This document shows positions 19,495 to 28,844 of a DNA stretch of 64,000 nucleotides, piece by piece. Location: assembly GCA_045531455.1 (NCBI GenBank), contig JAZSEA010000075.1, positions 149,978-213,977 on the forward strand, written 5' to 3'. A program made the position numbers and the translations under genes. The notes under the pieces were generated by a model. That model was given only the letters and a program-made list of their open reading frames with translations, did no database searches and was not told the origin of the DNA. This DNA comes from Eubacteriales bacterium. GTDB taxonomy: Bacteria > Bacillota > Clostridia > Oscillospirales > CAG-272. Numbering within the stretch: the first letter of the stretch is position 1; each line of letters starts with the position of its first letter.

Positions 19495-20427
19495 TTAGTT
19501 ATTTCCGGTGAGCTTAGCAATCTCTTCTGCGAAATTGTCTTCTCTCTTCTCAAGGCCTTCGCCCTTTTCATAAAGTACAAAGTCAACGACCTTGATCTCG
19601 CCGCCAAGTCTCTTGCCCTCGGTCTCGAGGTACTTGCCAACGGTCATATCGTCTTCCTTGAAGAAGGACTGATCGAGGAGACATACGTTCTCGTAGAACT
19701 TGCCCATCTTACCGATAACGATCTTCTCGAGGATCGCGTCGGGCTTGTTAGCGTTCTTGGGATCGTTCTTAAGAGCTGCAACCTGGATGTTCTTCTCTTC
19801 CTCGATTACGTTTGCGGGAACTTCCTCGCGGCAAACGTAGGTAGGAGGGGAACCTGCAGCGATCTGGAGAGCAATGTTCTTAGCAACTGCTGCGAACTCG
19901 TCATTGTTAGTAACTGCCTCGTCAGCGGTGAAGCGAACGATTACGCCTGCAACACCTGCACCGTGAATGTAAGTGCTGGTGATACCCTCGCGGATAACGA
20001 AACGACGGATAGTGATCTTCTCACCGATGGTGAAGATCATTTCCTTGAGCTTAGCGTCAACGGTAATATCGGAACCGTCGAAGTTAGCAGTGATAAGCTC
20101 CTCCGCGTTAGCGGGCTTGATAGCGATGATGGTACGGAGAAGACCCTTAACGAACTCCTTGAAGGTGTCGTTCTTTGCAACAAAGTCGGTCTCTGCGTTA
20201 ACCTCGATCATAGCGGATACGTTGCCATCCTTAAGAATGTCAACAACGCCCTCAGCAGCGATTCTGCCTTCCTTCTTAGCAGCTACAGCAAGGCCTCTCT
20301 CGCGGAGAACCTTCATAGCCTTTTCCATATCGCCCTCAGCCTCAACAAGTGCCTTCTTGCACTCCATCATACCGATACCGGTCTTAGCGCGGAGAGCTGC
20401 AACGTCTTTTGCGTTAATAGTAGCCAT
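19495..20427 (-). CDS. tsf: Translation elongation factor Ts
   Basis: N-terminal UBA-like LRAKTGIGMMECKKAL and EF-Ts core. Directly downstream of rpsB. Confidence 0.95.
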   Translation of the reverse strand: MATINAKDVAALRAKTGIGMMECKKALVEAEGDMEKAMKVLRERGLAVAAKKEGRIAAEGVVDILKDGNVSAMIEVNAETDFVAKNDTFKEFVKGLLRTIIAIKPANAEELITANFDGSDITVDAKLKEMIFTIGEKITIRRFVIREGITSTYIHGAGVAGVIVRFTADEAVTNNDEFAAVAKNIALQIAAGSPPTYVCREEVPANVIEEEKNIQVAALKNDPKNANKPDAILEKIVIGKMGKFYENVCLLDQSFFKEDDMTVGKYLETEGKRLGGEIKVVDFVLYEKGEGLEKREDNFAEEIAKLTGNN

Positions 20428-20465
20428 TTTATTACTCCTTAAAATTTAAATTATTGAGTTATAAA

Positions 20466-21200
20466 TTACTCAGCGTCTGCGGTCTCGGTAGCCTCTTCAG
20501 CCTCAGGAGCGTTCTGCTCACCCTGCTTGCCTTCGATAACTGCGTCAGCGAGTACGGAAGAAATGAGCTTGATAGCGCGGATAGCGTCATCGTTACCGGG
20601 AATGATGTAGTCTGCATCATCGGGGTCACAGTTGGTGTCAACGATTGCGATTACGGGAATGCCAAGCTTCTTAGCTTCCTTAACAGCGTTAGCTTCCTTC
20701 TTGGTATCAACAATGAATACTGCAGCGGGAAGCTCGGTCATGGTCTTGATACCGCCGTAGTTCTTCTCGAGGTCGATCATTTCCTTGTTGAGAGCAGCAG
20801 CTTCCTTCTTGGGGAGCATATCAAAGGTGCCGTCCTCGCTCATCTTGGTGAGGGTGTTGAGTCTGTTGATGGACTTCTTGATGGTCTTGAAGTTGGTCAT
20901 CATACCGCCGGGCCAACGAACGTTAACGTAGTACATACCGCATCTCTCTGCCTCTTCCTTGATGGCATCGGCAGCCTGCTTCTTGGTACCTACGAAGAGG
21001 ATGTTCTTACCGGAAGCTGCAACTTCCTTAACGTAAGCGTATGCCTCGTCGATCTTGTCAACGGTCTTTGCAAGATGGATGATGTAAAGGCCGTTACGCT
21101 CGGTGTAGATGTACTCAGACATCTTAGGGTTCCATCTTCTGGTGTGATGTCCGAAATGGACGCCTGCTTCAAGCAGCTGTTTCATGGTGATTACTGACAT
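20466..21200 (-). CDS. rpsB: 30S ribosomal protein S2
   Basis: [18 protein letters not shown]... Start set at the ATG at 21200, which has an AAGGAGG RBS. The track start at 21287 is an extension into the leader. Confidence 0.95.
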   Translation of the reverse strand: MSVITMKQLLEAGVHFGHHTRRWNPKMSEYIYTERNGLYIIHLAKTVDKIDEAYAYVKEVAASGKNILFVGTKKQAADAIKEEAERCGMYYVNVRWPGGMMTNFKTIKKSINRLNTLTKMSEDGTFDMLPKKEAAALNKEMIDLEKNYGGIKTMTELPAAVFIVDTKKEANAVKEAKKLGIPVIAIVDTNCDPDDADYIIPGNDDAIRAIKLISSVLADAVIEGKQGEQNAPEAEEATETADAE

Positions 21201-21345
21201 TTTAATGTCCTCCTTAATTTGGTTTTTTCCACCGCAATTCCTGTGCTCCGTCCGACCTTTAAACATATAAAGGCACCGGGACGGCAACTTAGAAATGCGT
21301 GTGTTTTATGTTAAACGCCGCTTCACCGTGAAAGCGCGGCGCAAA
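21201..21345 (-). promoter_or_regulatory. Long structured 5' leader of rpsB-tsf (two strong hairpins)
   Basis: Hairpin 1 spans 21316-21341 (CGCCGC...GCGGCG with an inner GUGAA/UUCAC). Hairpin 2 spans 21248-21284 (CCGTCC/GGACGG plus CCTTTA/TAAAGG). Both lie between the promoter and the RBS. Confidence 0.45.
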
Positions 21346-21352
21346 CATTGGC

Positions 21353-21381
21353 ATTATATCACATTTTAATTAAATAAGCAA
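21353..21381 (-). promoter_or_regulatory. Sigma-A-type promoter of rpsB-tsf
   Basis: Minus strand: TTGCTT, a 17-nt spacer, then TGaTATAAT (extended -10). Confidence 0.65.
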
Positions 21382-21425
21382 CAGTTTTTTTACGAGTTTA
21401 CATATTATTTACAATCGCGGTAGCT

Positions 21426-21707
21426 TCAAGAACGCTTTTTCCTCTCGCAACACAGCGAATCAAGCTCTGATTCCGATATCTTGACAAGTACTGCATCATC
21501 TCCTATGCATTCGATCCTGCTCCAGGGAATGATGAGCGGAGCCTCCTTTGAAAAACCAAGAAATCCTCCTGTTCTGCATAAGATCACTGAACAAATCTGA
21601 CCGTTGCAGGAATCAAACTCGATCTCGCTGATATAACCAAGCCTTGAACCGCTGCATAGATTTATTACATCCTTTTCTCTAAGTTGAGAGCACGTTAAAC
21701 GGGACAT
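21426..21707 (-). CDS. ylmC: YlmC/YmxH-family sporulation protein (PRC-barrel)
   Basis: KDVINLCSGSRLGYISEIEFD...GFLGFSKE..LIIPWSRIECIGDDAVLV matches the YlmC/YmxH pattern. Confidence 0.75.
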   Translation of the reverse strand: MSRLTCSQLREKDVINLCSGSRLGYISEIEFDSCNGQICSVILCRTGGFLGFSKEAPLIIPWSRIECIGDDAVLVKISESELDSLCCERKKRS

Positions 21708-21751
21708 ATCTTTCCTCCTGCGTGTGATAGACTATTATATGCCCCAAATGA

Positions 21752-24436
21752 TCAATTATTCCGAGATGAAGAAAATGCAGAAAGCAATGCGGATATTATC
21801 AATACGGTTAAAACTCCCGCGGAAGCAGATATCAAAATGTACGATAGTTGATTAAAACTCAGTTTATAAAAACCGAGAAGATTAAAGAACGAGTACACTT
21901 TATCCGACAAGCGACTTTGGAGAATCAGCAATGCCGAAGAAACTGCGGTACACAGAAGATAGCACCAATTGATCTTCTTTCGTTTGGAACGCTTGTTGAG
22001 AATCAGGAGAAAAGCTCCTGTTGCAAAAATCTGAGCCGCATTTATACTATGCATCACAAAGCCGGGCGCAACCAAAGAGGTAAGCTTTCCGGTAGCTAAA
22101 AGAACGTCGGTAATCAGTAACACAACACTCGCGGTAATAGCGCCTGCTATCGCAAATGAAATGAATAGCGCAGATGAAAAGAGTTTGTTGGCATCGGATG
22201 CGGCGTTTTTCGGCTTAACGGGAATTCCGCTTGCCATCATAATCGAAACATGAGCTACTGCGTCAAAGATGAATCCCGAAAGAAGGATCATAAGTGTAGA
22301 CATCATAAGCGCAGATTTACCGAGAATCAACGGAACACATACCGCAACGATGCGAACAAACATCGAAAACGATAGATAATTCCTATAGATTCCAAGCTTA
22401 AGTCGAGCGATCGATGACCCACGAACCATTTTTAAAGCGTCATATAAACCGCCCTCACGCGTGACTGAGTCCGCCTCACGAAGTGAAAGAGATGAAGATA
22501 TTCGTATTGAATCGTACGAATTTCCACTCGTAGCATAAACGTTAAGCGGCGAAACAGCTTTTCTGTCTGATGAGTCCTTGATGATCGGCAAAATTTTTCT
22601 GCCGTTTTTTATTAATCTTGTGGTCAATTCGGATACCGCCGATGCGCCAAAGCCGATATATACCTTGGTAGTCAGCGGAGCATCAGTTATACTTAAACCG
22701 TTACGTACGTATTCGGAGGCAACAGCAATATCGCGCGAGCCGTCTGTCAATCCTGAGAGCTTTGCAAGATTTACATTTGCAGACGATTCTTCGTTCAGTA
22801 CCAATATCGGATTAATACCGCTGACCGCAAGCTCTTCCGCTAATTCTCCGTTAGCAAAAGGATATTCGTTTCCGACAGCAAGCAAGCCTTCAAAGACAGC
22901 GCCTTTTTCACCGGGAAGCAATGATACAAATATAAAAGTTTTAAGACCTATGGTCATATACTTGTTATACTGTTCAATAATGCTGTCATAGCTCGAGCGC
23001 TCGAGCTTCCATAATCCTCCGCCTTCGGTTCTGATAGATTTGCACTTATCAAGAATAGAAGGATCTGTCACGCAAGCTGTATAATGAATCGGACGACCTT
23101 CCGTGTCAAGTTTGAAGACACAAGCGCGTGAGCCCATCAAAGGAAAATTCTTTACGATCCGAGGTTTTTCCTTTGCAGTAATCTCTTCACGAGCAAAGCT
23201 TATATCATTCAGAAAATTCAATATAGCTTTATGATCTGAAGGTAATCCGCTGATGCGTGTAAACCGAAATAAGGGAACGATAACTGAATAAAAAGCATCC
23301 AGATCCTTTGATCTGAGAGAATCAAATCTGTATTGCTTATCTGCGAACCAGACACGTCTGACTGTATTTTCACGATCAATAAGAACTTCGGGATTAAGAA
23401 TCAGCATTGTATCAGCATCCGCCAGAGATTCCGCCGAAGAAAGTTTCGTGATCCTGCTATCAACGTTTGATTTTGCTTTCTTTGCACGCGATGATAACAG
23501 TATTTCTTTCGTCACAAGCGTTTCAGCCGGGGCTACGGCAATCTCGCTCATACAAGTAACAGCGAGCGAAAGCATTGTCAAAAATAAATACAGCAGATCA
23601 ATAGGTGCCGTTTCTGTTTTTGTCAAAGTCTGTAACAATATTGAAACAAGTGTAAAAGGTACAACGGCGAAAAATACAGCAAGAGAGACTTTCTTCGATG
23701 AAGAATAAAACTTGCGTAGGTAAACAGGAGTATCGTTCGAGGGAACGAGTTTGATACCTGAATGAATTGAACCGATGACGGTGTCCTCTCCAGTTTCGGT
23801 AACTATTGCACTTCCCTTGCCCGATATAACCATCGAGCCAGCATAAACCATATTGGTATATGAATCCAAGACAGCATCAGCGTCGGTCATAACAGCAGAG
23901 TCCTTGTTGGTGCGCTTATACTCAAGCTTACCGGACTTTTCATCAATTTTCCGCTCTGCGACAACAAGCCCGTCAGCGGAGACGATACGCGCGTCTGCGG
24001 GAATAATATCGCCTTTGGAAAAAGATATCAAATCGCCGATATCCACGTCAAACACGCTAAGTCTGATGTTGTTGCCGTTTTCGGTAATTTTTGATACAGG
24101 CAGGAGCATTCTGTATGAATTCGATATACGCTTTGACGAGCTGTACTTAACAAAGAATGCAAACAAAAATACCGAAACGATTAATACTATTCCTGCAACT
24201 GATTCATGTAAATGACCCATAAACGACGCAAGAATATAAGTAACCGCAAGCAGCATAAAAGAGGCATCCGACAGCAGCTGCTTGATAACACTTCCCGCGT
24301 CCGCAGACGGAAGCAAAAAAATATTGTTCTTTCCGCGACGGCGTTTGTCATCGGAATCAACGGTTCGTCCGTTGCGAATATCAGTTCCGAATTCCATTGC
24401 AACGTCGGAAATATCATATTCGTGCCAGCGTGCCAT
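21752..24436 (-). CDS. P-type ATPase-like membrane protein lacking the DKTGT, TGES and GDGxND catalytic motifs
   Basis: Cation-ATPase N-terminus, actuator-like GDIIPADARIV and 8-10 TM helices. The phosphorylation-site position reads LILNPEVL instead of CSDKTGTL. Confidence 0.75.
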   Translation of the reverse strand: MARWHEYDISDVAMEFGTDIRNGRTVDSDDKRRRGKNNIFLLPSADAGSVIKQLLSDASFMLLAVTYILASFMGHLHESVAGIVLIVSVFLFAFFVKYSSSKRISNSYRMLLPVSKITENGNNIRLSVFDVDIGDLISFSKGDIIPADARIVSADGLVVAERKIDEKSGKLEYKRTNKDSAVMTDADAVLDSYTNMVYAGSMVISGKGSAIVTETGEDTVIGSIHSGIKLVPSNDTPVYLRKFYSSSKKVSLAVFFAVVPFTLVSILLQTLTKTETAPIDLLYLFLTMLSLAVTCMSEIAVAPAETLVTKEILLSSRAKKAKSNVDSRITKLSSAESLADADTMLILNPEVLIDRENTVRRVWFADKQYRFDSLRSKDLDAFYSVIVPLFRFTRISGLPSDHKAILNFLNDISFAREEITAKEKPRIVKNFPLMGSRACVFKLDTEGRPIHYTACVTDPSILDKCKSIRTEGGGLWKLERSSYDSIIEQYNKYMTIGLKTFIFVSLLPGEKGAVFEGLLAVGNEYPFANGELAEELAVSGINPILVLNEESSANVNLAKLSGLTDGSRDIAVASEYVRNGLSITDAPLTTKVYIGFGASAVSELTTRLIKNGRKILPIIKDSSDRKAVSPLNVYATSGNSYDSIRISSSLSLREADSVTREGGLYDALKMVRGSSIARLKLGIYRNYLSFSMFVRIVAVCVPLILGKSALMMSTLMILLSGFIFDAVAHVSIMMASGIPVKPKNAASDANKLFSSALFISFAIAGAITASVVLLITDVLLATGKLTSLVAPGFVMHSINAAQIFATGAFLLILNKRSKRKKINWCYLLCTAVSSALLILQSRLSDKVYSFFNLLGFYKLSFNQLSYILISASAGVLTVLIISALLSAFSSSRNN

Positions 24437-24458
24437 GTCGTGCCTCCTTTCAAAAGCA

Positions 24459-26780
24459 TTAATTACAACTTACAGTCAACTTACCGTCTTCAGTATCAAT
24501 TTTTACGGAAGTGATTTTACCGCAAACATCGGATACTATCGCTTCGGCAATAGGATCCTCTATATTGCGCTGAATATATCTTCGCATATTCCGCGCTCCG
24601 TACTTTGCGGAATACGACTCCTCCGCGATAAATCTCGCCGCTTCTTCTGTGTAGTTCAGAGCGATTCCTCTTTCCGCAAGAACAGAAGAAAGATCTCCGA
24701 GCATTATCTTGACGATCTCGCAAAAATCTGCTGAGCTCAGCGAATTGAATACGATAACTTCATCAACACGATTAATGAATTCGGGTCTCAAGAACTCAAG
24801 AAGTGCCTTTTCAACTCTGCTCTTCTCCGCCTCAATTTGAGAGGAAGTAAAGCCGAGAGCGGAGGCAGATCTGCCCGAGCCTGCATTTGTTGTCATAACA
24901 ACCACTACGTTTTCGAAGTTAACGGAACGTCCCTGTGCATCGGTCACTCTGCCGTCATCAAGGATCTGAAGCAGTACGTTCAAAACATCGGGATGCGCCT
25001 TTTCAATCTCGTCGAACAGAACGACCGAGTAAGGTCTGCGTCTGATCTTTTCGGTGAGCTGACCTGCCTCTTCATATCCAACGTAGCCAGGAGGAGATCC
25101 GATAAGTCTCGAAACCGAATGCTTCTCCATAAATTCGGACATGTCAAATCTGATGAGTGTTTCGGGTGTATTGAAGAGATCCGCCGCCAATACTTTAACA
25201 AGCTCGGTTTTTCCGACACCGGTAGGTCCTGCAAAAATGAATGATACAGGTTTTCTCTTATATGTGATACCAGCACGATTTCTCTTGATCGCTCTGGCAA
25301 CAGCAGAAACAGCCTCGTCCTGACCTATAATGCGGGATTTCAGTCTGTCTTCCAATTTATCTATAAGAACAAATTCATTTTCCTTTATAGTGGTCGCCGG
25401 CACACCGGTCCAGATCTCGATAACAGATGCAATATCCTCGAGCGTCAAAACTACCTGTGCGCACTCAGCTTCAAGAGATTCAAGTTTCTCGGATAGAGCA
25501 AGCTCTCTTGCCTTGATCTTTGCGATCCTTTCGTACTTTTTCTCTTCGTTCTTTTCGGTAGCCGCTTCCTCTTCTTCACGTTCCTCCTTGAGCTTAAGGA
25601 GTTCTTCTCGGATAGAATAGGATTCATTAATAGCAGAGCTTGAGAGAGAAAGAGATGCCGCAGCTTCGTCAAGCAAGTCTATTGCTTTGTCGGGAAGAAA
25701 TCTGTCTGTGATGTAACGCTCGGAAAGCATAACCGTGCGAAGAATAACGGAATCCGGTACCTTGATACGGTGGTATTCCTCATAGTAATGCTTGATTCCC
25801 TCGAGCATTTTGGCTGCTTCTTCTACAGACGGTTCATTAACCGTTACAGGCTGAAAACGTCTTTCAAGTGCAGAATCCTTCTCAATGTACTTGCGGTACT
25901 CATTTAGAGTAGTGGCACCGATAACTCTTATCTCGCCTCTCGAAAGTGCGGGCTTCATAATATTTGCGGCATTGGTGCTTCCTTCGCCTCCGCCGGTTCC
26001 GACAATGCTGTGAACTTCGTCGATGACGAGAATGATATTGCCCGCAGCCTTGACTTCATTGATCAAACCGAGCATTCTCTGCTCAAATTGACCTCTGAAC
26101 TGCGTTCCTGCAACAAGCGCGGTAAGATCAACGAGATAGAGCTCGGTGTTTTTAAGTCTGTAAGGAACGTCCCCCGATGCAATTCTTTGAGCTAGAGCTT
26201 CGGCGATAGCAGTCTTGCCTACTCCGGGTTCTCCTATGAGGCAGGGATTATTCTTTTGCCTTCTGCAAAGGATCTGGATCACTCTTGCGAGTTCATTCTG
26301 TCTGCCGACAATATGATCAAGTCGGCCTTTCCTAGCCATATCGGTAAGATTTTTGCAATATCTGTCAAGAATCTCGCGCTTGGGCTTCGAGTCTTCTTTT
26401 TTCTTTTTACCTTTATCCTTGCCTGATTTTTCCGCATCGGAGGCATCAACTTCTTTACCTCCGAAAGCCTCGTTAATGATCTTCTGGATATTAATCGAAG
26501 GCGCACCGCCATCATCGGGAAGAGCGGGATTTTCGTCATCTTCAAGACCTTCGATAAGGTCGTTTGACTCTGCGAGCTCAGCCATATTCTTTTCAAGCTC
26601 ATCGAGCTGATCCTCAGAAATACCTAATTTTTTGAGTTGATCGCCCATAATATCGTCTACGGGAACTCCCATTTCACGGGCGCACTGGAGACAAAGCCCT
26701 TCGGTTTTCTTTTCGCCGTTTTCAAGTTTTGTCACAAACACTACGGCGTATCTTTTTTTACATTTTGCACATTTAACCAT
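24459..26780 (-). CDS. clpE: Clp/Hsp100 AAA+ unfoldase, ClpE-like (N-terminal zinc ribbon, two AAA modules, ClpP-docking LGF loop)
   Basis: CAKCKK...CLQCA zinc ribbon, GEPGVGKT and GPTGVGKT Walker A motifs, a short coiled-coil M-domain and an ALGF tripeptide loop. Confidence 0.8.
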   Translation of the reverse strand: MVKCAKCKKRYAVVFVTKLENGEKKTEGLCLQCAREMGVPVDDIMGDQLKKLGISEDQLDELEKNMAELAESNDLIEGLEDDENPALPDDGGAPSINIQKIINEAFGGKEVDASDAEKSGKDKGKKKKEDSKPKREILDRYCKNLTDMARKGRLDHIVGRQNELARVIQILCRRQKNNPCLIGEPGVGKTAIAEALAQRIASGDVPYRLKNTELYLVDLTALVAGTQFRGQFEQRMLGLINEVKAAGNIILVIDEVHSIVGTGGGEGSTNAANIMKPALSRGEIRVIGATTLNEYRKYIEKDSALERRFQPVTVNEPSVEEAAKMLEGIKHYYEEYHRIKVPDSVILRTVMLSERYITDRFLPDKAIDLLDEAAASLSLSSSAINESYSIREELLKLKEEREEEEAATEKNEEKKYERIAKIKARELALSEKLESLEAECAQVVLTLEDIASVIEIWTGVPATTIKENEFVLIDKLEDRLKSRIIGQDEAVSAVARAIKRNRAGITYKRKPVSFIFAGPTGVGKTELVKVLAADLFNTPETLIRFDMSEFMEKHSVSRLIGSPPGYVGYEEAGQLTEKIRRRPYSVVLFDEIEKAHPDVLNVLLQILDDGRVTDAQGRSVNFENVVVVMTTNAGSGRSASALGFTSSQIEAEKSRVEKALLEFLRPEFINRVDEVIVFNSLSSADFCEIVKIMLGDLSSVLAERGIALNYTEEAARFIAEESYSAKYGARNMRRYIQRNIEDPIAEAIVSDVCGKITSVKIDTEDGKLTVSCN

Positions 26781-26808
26781 TGATTTAACCTCTATAATAA
26801 CGAAAGAA

Positions 26809-27552
26809 CTACTGTACCTTGATATTGATAAAATCTATCGGAGACAGTTCACAGAAGAAATTGAATATTCTCGAGCCTTCCGTAAGACTGTACAATACTT
26901 CGTTTGAAGAGCTGCTCATAAAGCTATGCTCAACGAATATTCCGACAAGCAAGCACAGTATCCATACTATAACGAATCCCTCACCGATTCCGAACAGGAA
27001 ACCTAAAAGCGAATCAAGCGAGTGAATGATCGGCAATTTAACAACAAGCTTCAATACGAGTCCTACTAACACAAACGCGAGTATCGATGCAAGGAAAATC
27101 GCGATTATGCCCACAGCATTTGAAAGCGTGTGAGAAATCGGCATTGCAATCGCCTCAGCCATCGAATACAATTCTTCTTCGCTTACCGTAAGAGAAACAG
27201 AAAATTTAGAAGAAAGCTCTTCAACGCTTGTTCCGCAATGAGAAAGAAGCTGTAAAAATTCATCGGGGAGAGTTTCAAAGAGTTCGGATACGTTATACTC
27301 TCCTCCATTATTATCAACAAGCTGAGCAACCACATCATAAGCGTACGAAGTAACGTGCTCAAGCACAAAATTATCGTAAATCCATTCGCCGATAATCGGA
27401 CCGAATAAATAAGCTACAACGAAGGAACCGATCACCGTGACCGTCCTCCAAATAGATTTGACAAATCCCTTTTGTGTAGCTAGAACAACGATCAAAAGGA
27501 ATATCAGGACAAACAAAATGTCCAAAAGCCAATTAATTATCATAATATACAT
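26809..27552 (-). CDS. CvpA-family membrane protein
   Basis: N-terminal NWLLDILFVLIFL...GFVKS pattern and 4-5 TM helices, typical of the colicin V production protein family. Confidence 0.65.
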   Translation of the reverse strand: MYIMIINWLLDILFVLIFLLIVVLATQKGFVKSIWRTVTVIGSFVVAYLFGPIIGEWIYDNFVLEHVTSYAYDVVAQLVDNNGGEYNVSELFETLPDEFLQLLSHCGTSVEELSSKFSVSLTVSEEELYSMAEAIAMPISHTLSNAVGIIAIFLASILAFVLVGLVLKLVVKLPIIHSLDSLLGFLFGIGEGFVIVWILCLLVGIFVEHSFMSSSSNEVLYSLTEGSRIFNFFCELSPIDFINIKVQ

Positions 27553-27570
27553 AAACCTAAAATCAGTTTT

Positions 27571-28818
27571 TTACCAGTTGCATTTGATCAATTCCGCGGC
27601 GGTATCAGAACAATAATAAAACGATCTGCTGTCAAGCGCAAGAAGCTTGCATCCGTAATGTGCAGAATCGATCTTAACACGCTCTTCTAACGATCCGTTC
27701 AAGCAAAGTACGTACTTACTTGTAAGAATGTAAGATGAAGATTCGTATAGCTCAATATCAAAAGCAGTATCTGCAAGCTCGTACTTATACGCAATATTAC
27801 CTCTTTTATCAATACACACGGCAGTATACGAAATGTCAAAACCTTTGTTTTTAAAAAGAAGCAAAACATGAGACATACTGATTCTGAAATCATTGAGGCT
27901 CGCACCCTCGTATTTATAGCATAAGCTCTCGTTAGCGTTATTATCATAAAGCCATACGGAATCGCTGCATACCAAAGCGTATCCATAGTCAGTTATTCTG
28001 CATCCAAGAGGAAAGCCCGAGCTTTGTTCCGACTTCGATACTACATCTCCGCTTTCGGGATCGGCGATAAGAATTTCGGTATCAAATGACGTTTTCGATT
28101 CATCTGCATCAACCGAAACAATCATAATCGTATCATTTGTAAGATCGACCGAAACAATATGACTATTCTTATTAAACCTCGTAATAAGATTAAAGTCATC
28201 ATTATAGACTTCAACAACACTTGCGAATTCATCGGACGAAGTAACAAATGCGTAACAACCATTGTCCGCCACGGCGCATGCCTTTATAGTTTTGTCGCAT
28301 TCGGAAGAATATACTTTTGAAAAAGCATTGTAGACGGAATATCTCCCGCTTCCCTGCTCATAAACGACAACGTACTTTTCGGATGCAGAAATTACGGGTT
28401 CGCTGTAATCAATATACTCCGAGCAGTTCTGTCTGCCTGTGCCTGAAAAGACCGAAATCCCCGAGGCTCTGCAAACTGCAAGACCGTTTCCGTATACGGC
28501 AAAACCTTTTAAAGAATCAGGAGAATAACGTATAGGTTGGCGCGTAGAATCCTTATTTTCCTCCAAAGTAAGCGCAAAATTCCTCATAATGTAATCAAGA
28601 TTGTCATAGCTGAAGCTTCTTGCGCTGATAAAAGCCGACGAAACGATAAATACCAGCAAACTTGCGAAGACAGCAAAGGAAATCATTCTGAAGATCACCG
28701 CAGCCGTATCATAAAATGAATTATAAGGATCGTTTTCGCTCAAGCCTGCGGAAAGCTTTTCAATATCAATGCTATTGTCATTCTCGGCTTTCTTAGCTGT
28801 TCTAACAAGTTTCTTCAT
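27571..28818 (-). CDS. Hypothetical single-pass membrane-anchored protein
   Basis: 415-aa ORF with one TM helix near residue 45-65 and a beta-rich extracytoplasmic part. Family not recognised. Confidence 0.5.
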   Translation of the reverse strand: MKKLVRTAKKAENDNSIDIEKLSAGLSENDPYNSFYDTAAVIFRMISFAVFASLLVFIVSSAFISARSFSYDNLDYIMRNFALTLEENKDSTRQPIRYSPDSLKGFAVYGNGLAVCRASGISVFSGTGRQNCSEYIDYSEPVISASEKYVVVYEQGSGRYSVYNAFSKVYSSECDKTIKACAVADNGCYAFVTSSDEFASVVEVYNDDFNLITRFNKNSHIVSVDLTNDTIMIVSVDADESKTSFDTEILIADPESGDVVSKSEQSSGFPLGCRITDYGYALVCSDSVWLYDNNANESLCYKYEGASLNDFRISMSHVLLLFKNKGFDISYTAVCIDKRGNIAYKYELADTAFDIELYESSSYILTSKYVLCLNGSLEERVKIDSAHYGCKLLALDSRSFYYCSDTAAELIKCNW

Positions 28819-28844
28819 AATGCTACCTCCTTTGCAAAATATAT

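Noticed and set aside
19419-19640. 73-aa minus-strand ORF spanning the tsf 3' end and its terminator.
   Set aside because: It overlaps tsf out of frame and includes the terminator hairpin. No support.
21201-21287. N-terminal extensions in the ORF track: rpsB to 21287, truA to 29753, ecfA1 to 32295, cdsA to 17402, pdaA-like to 6890, ABC exporter genes to 61614 and 59845, sulfatase from 55944, OFOR alpha from 48020, ligase 1 from 42187 and TrmH from 2882.
   Set aside because: The internal start codons have good RBSs, match the family N-termini and give ATGA/TGATG coupling with neighbours. Several of the extensions would run through promoters or leaders.
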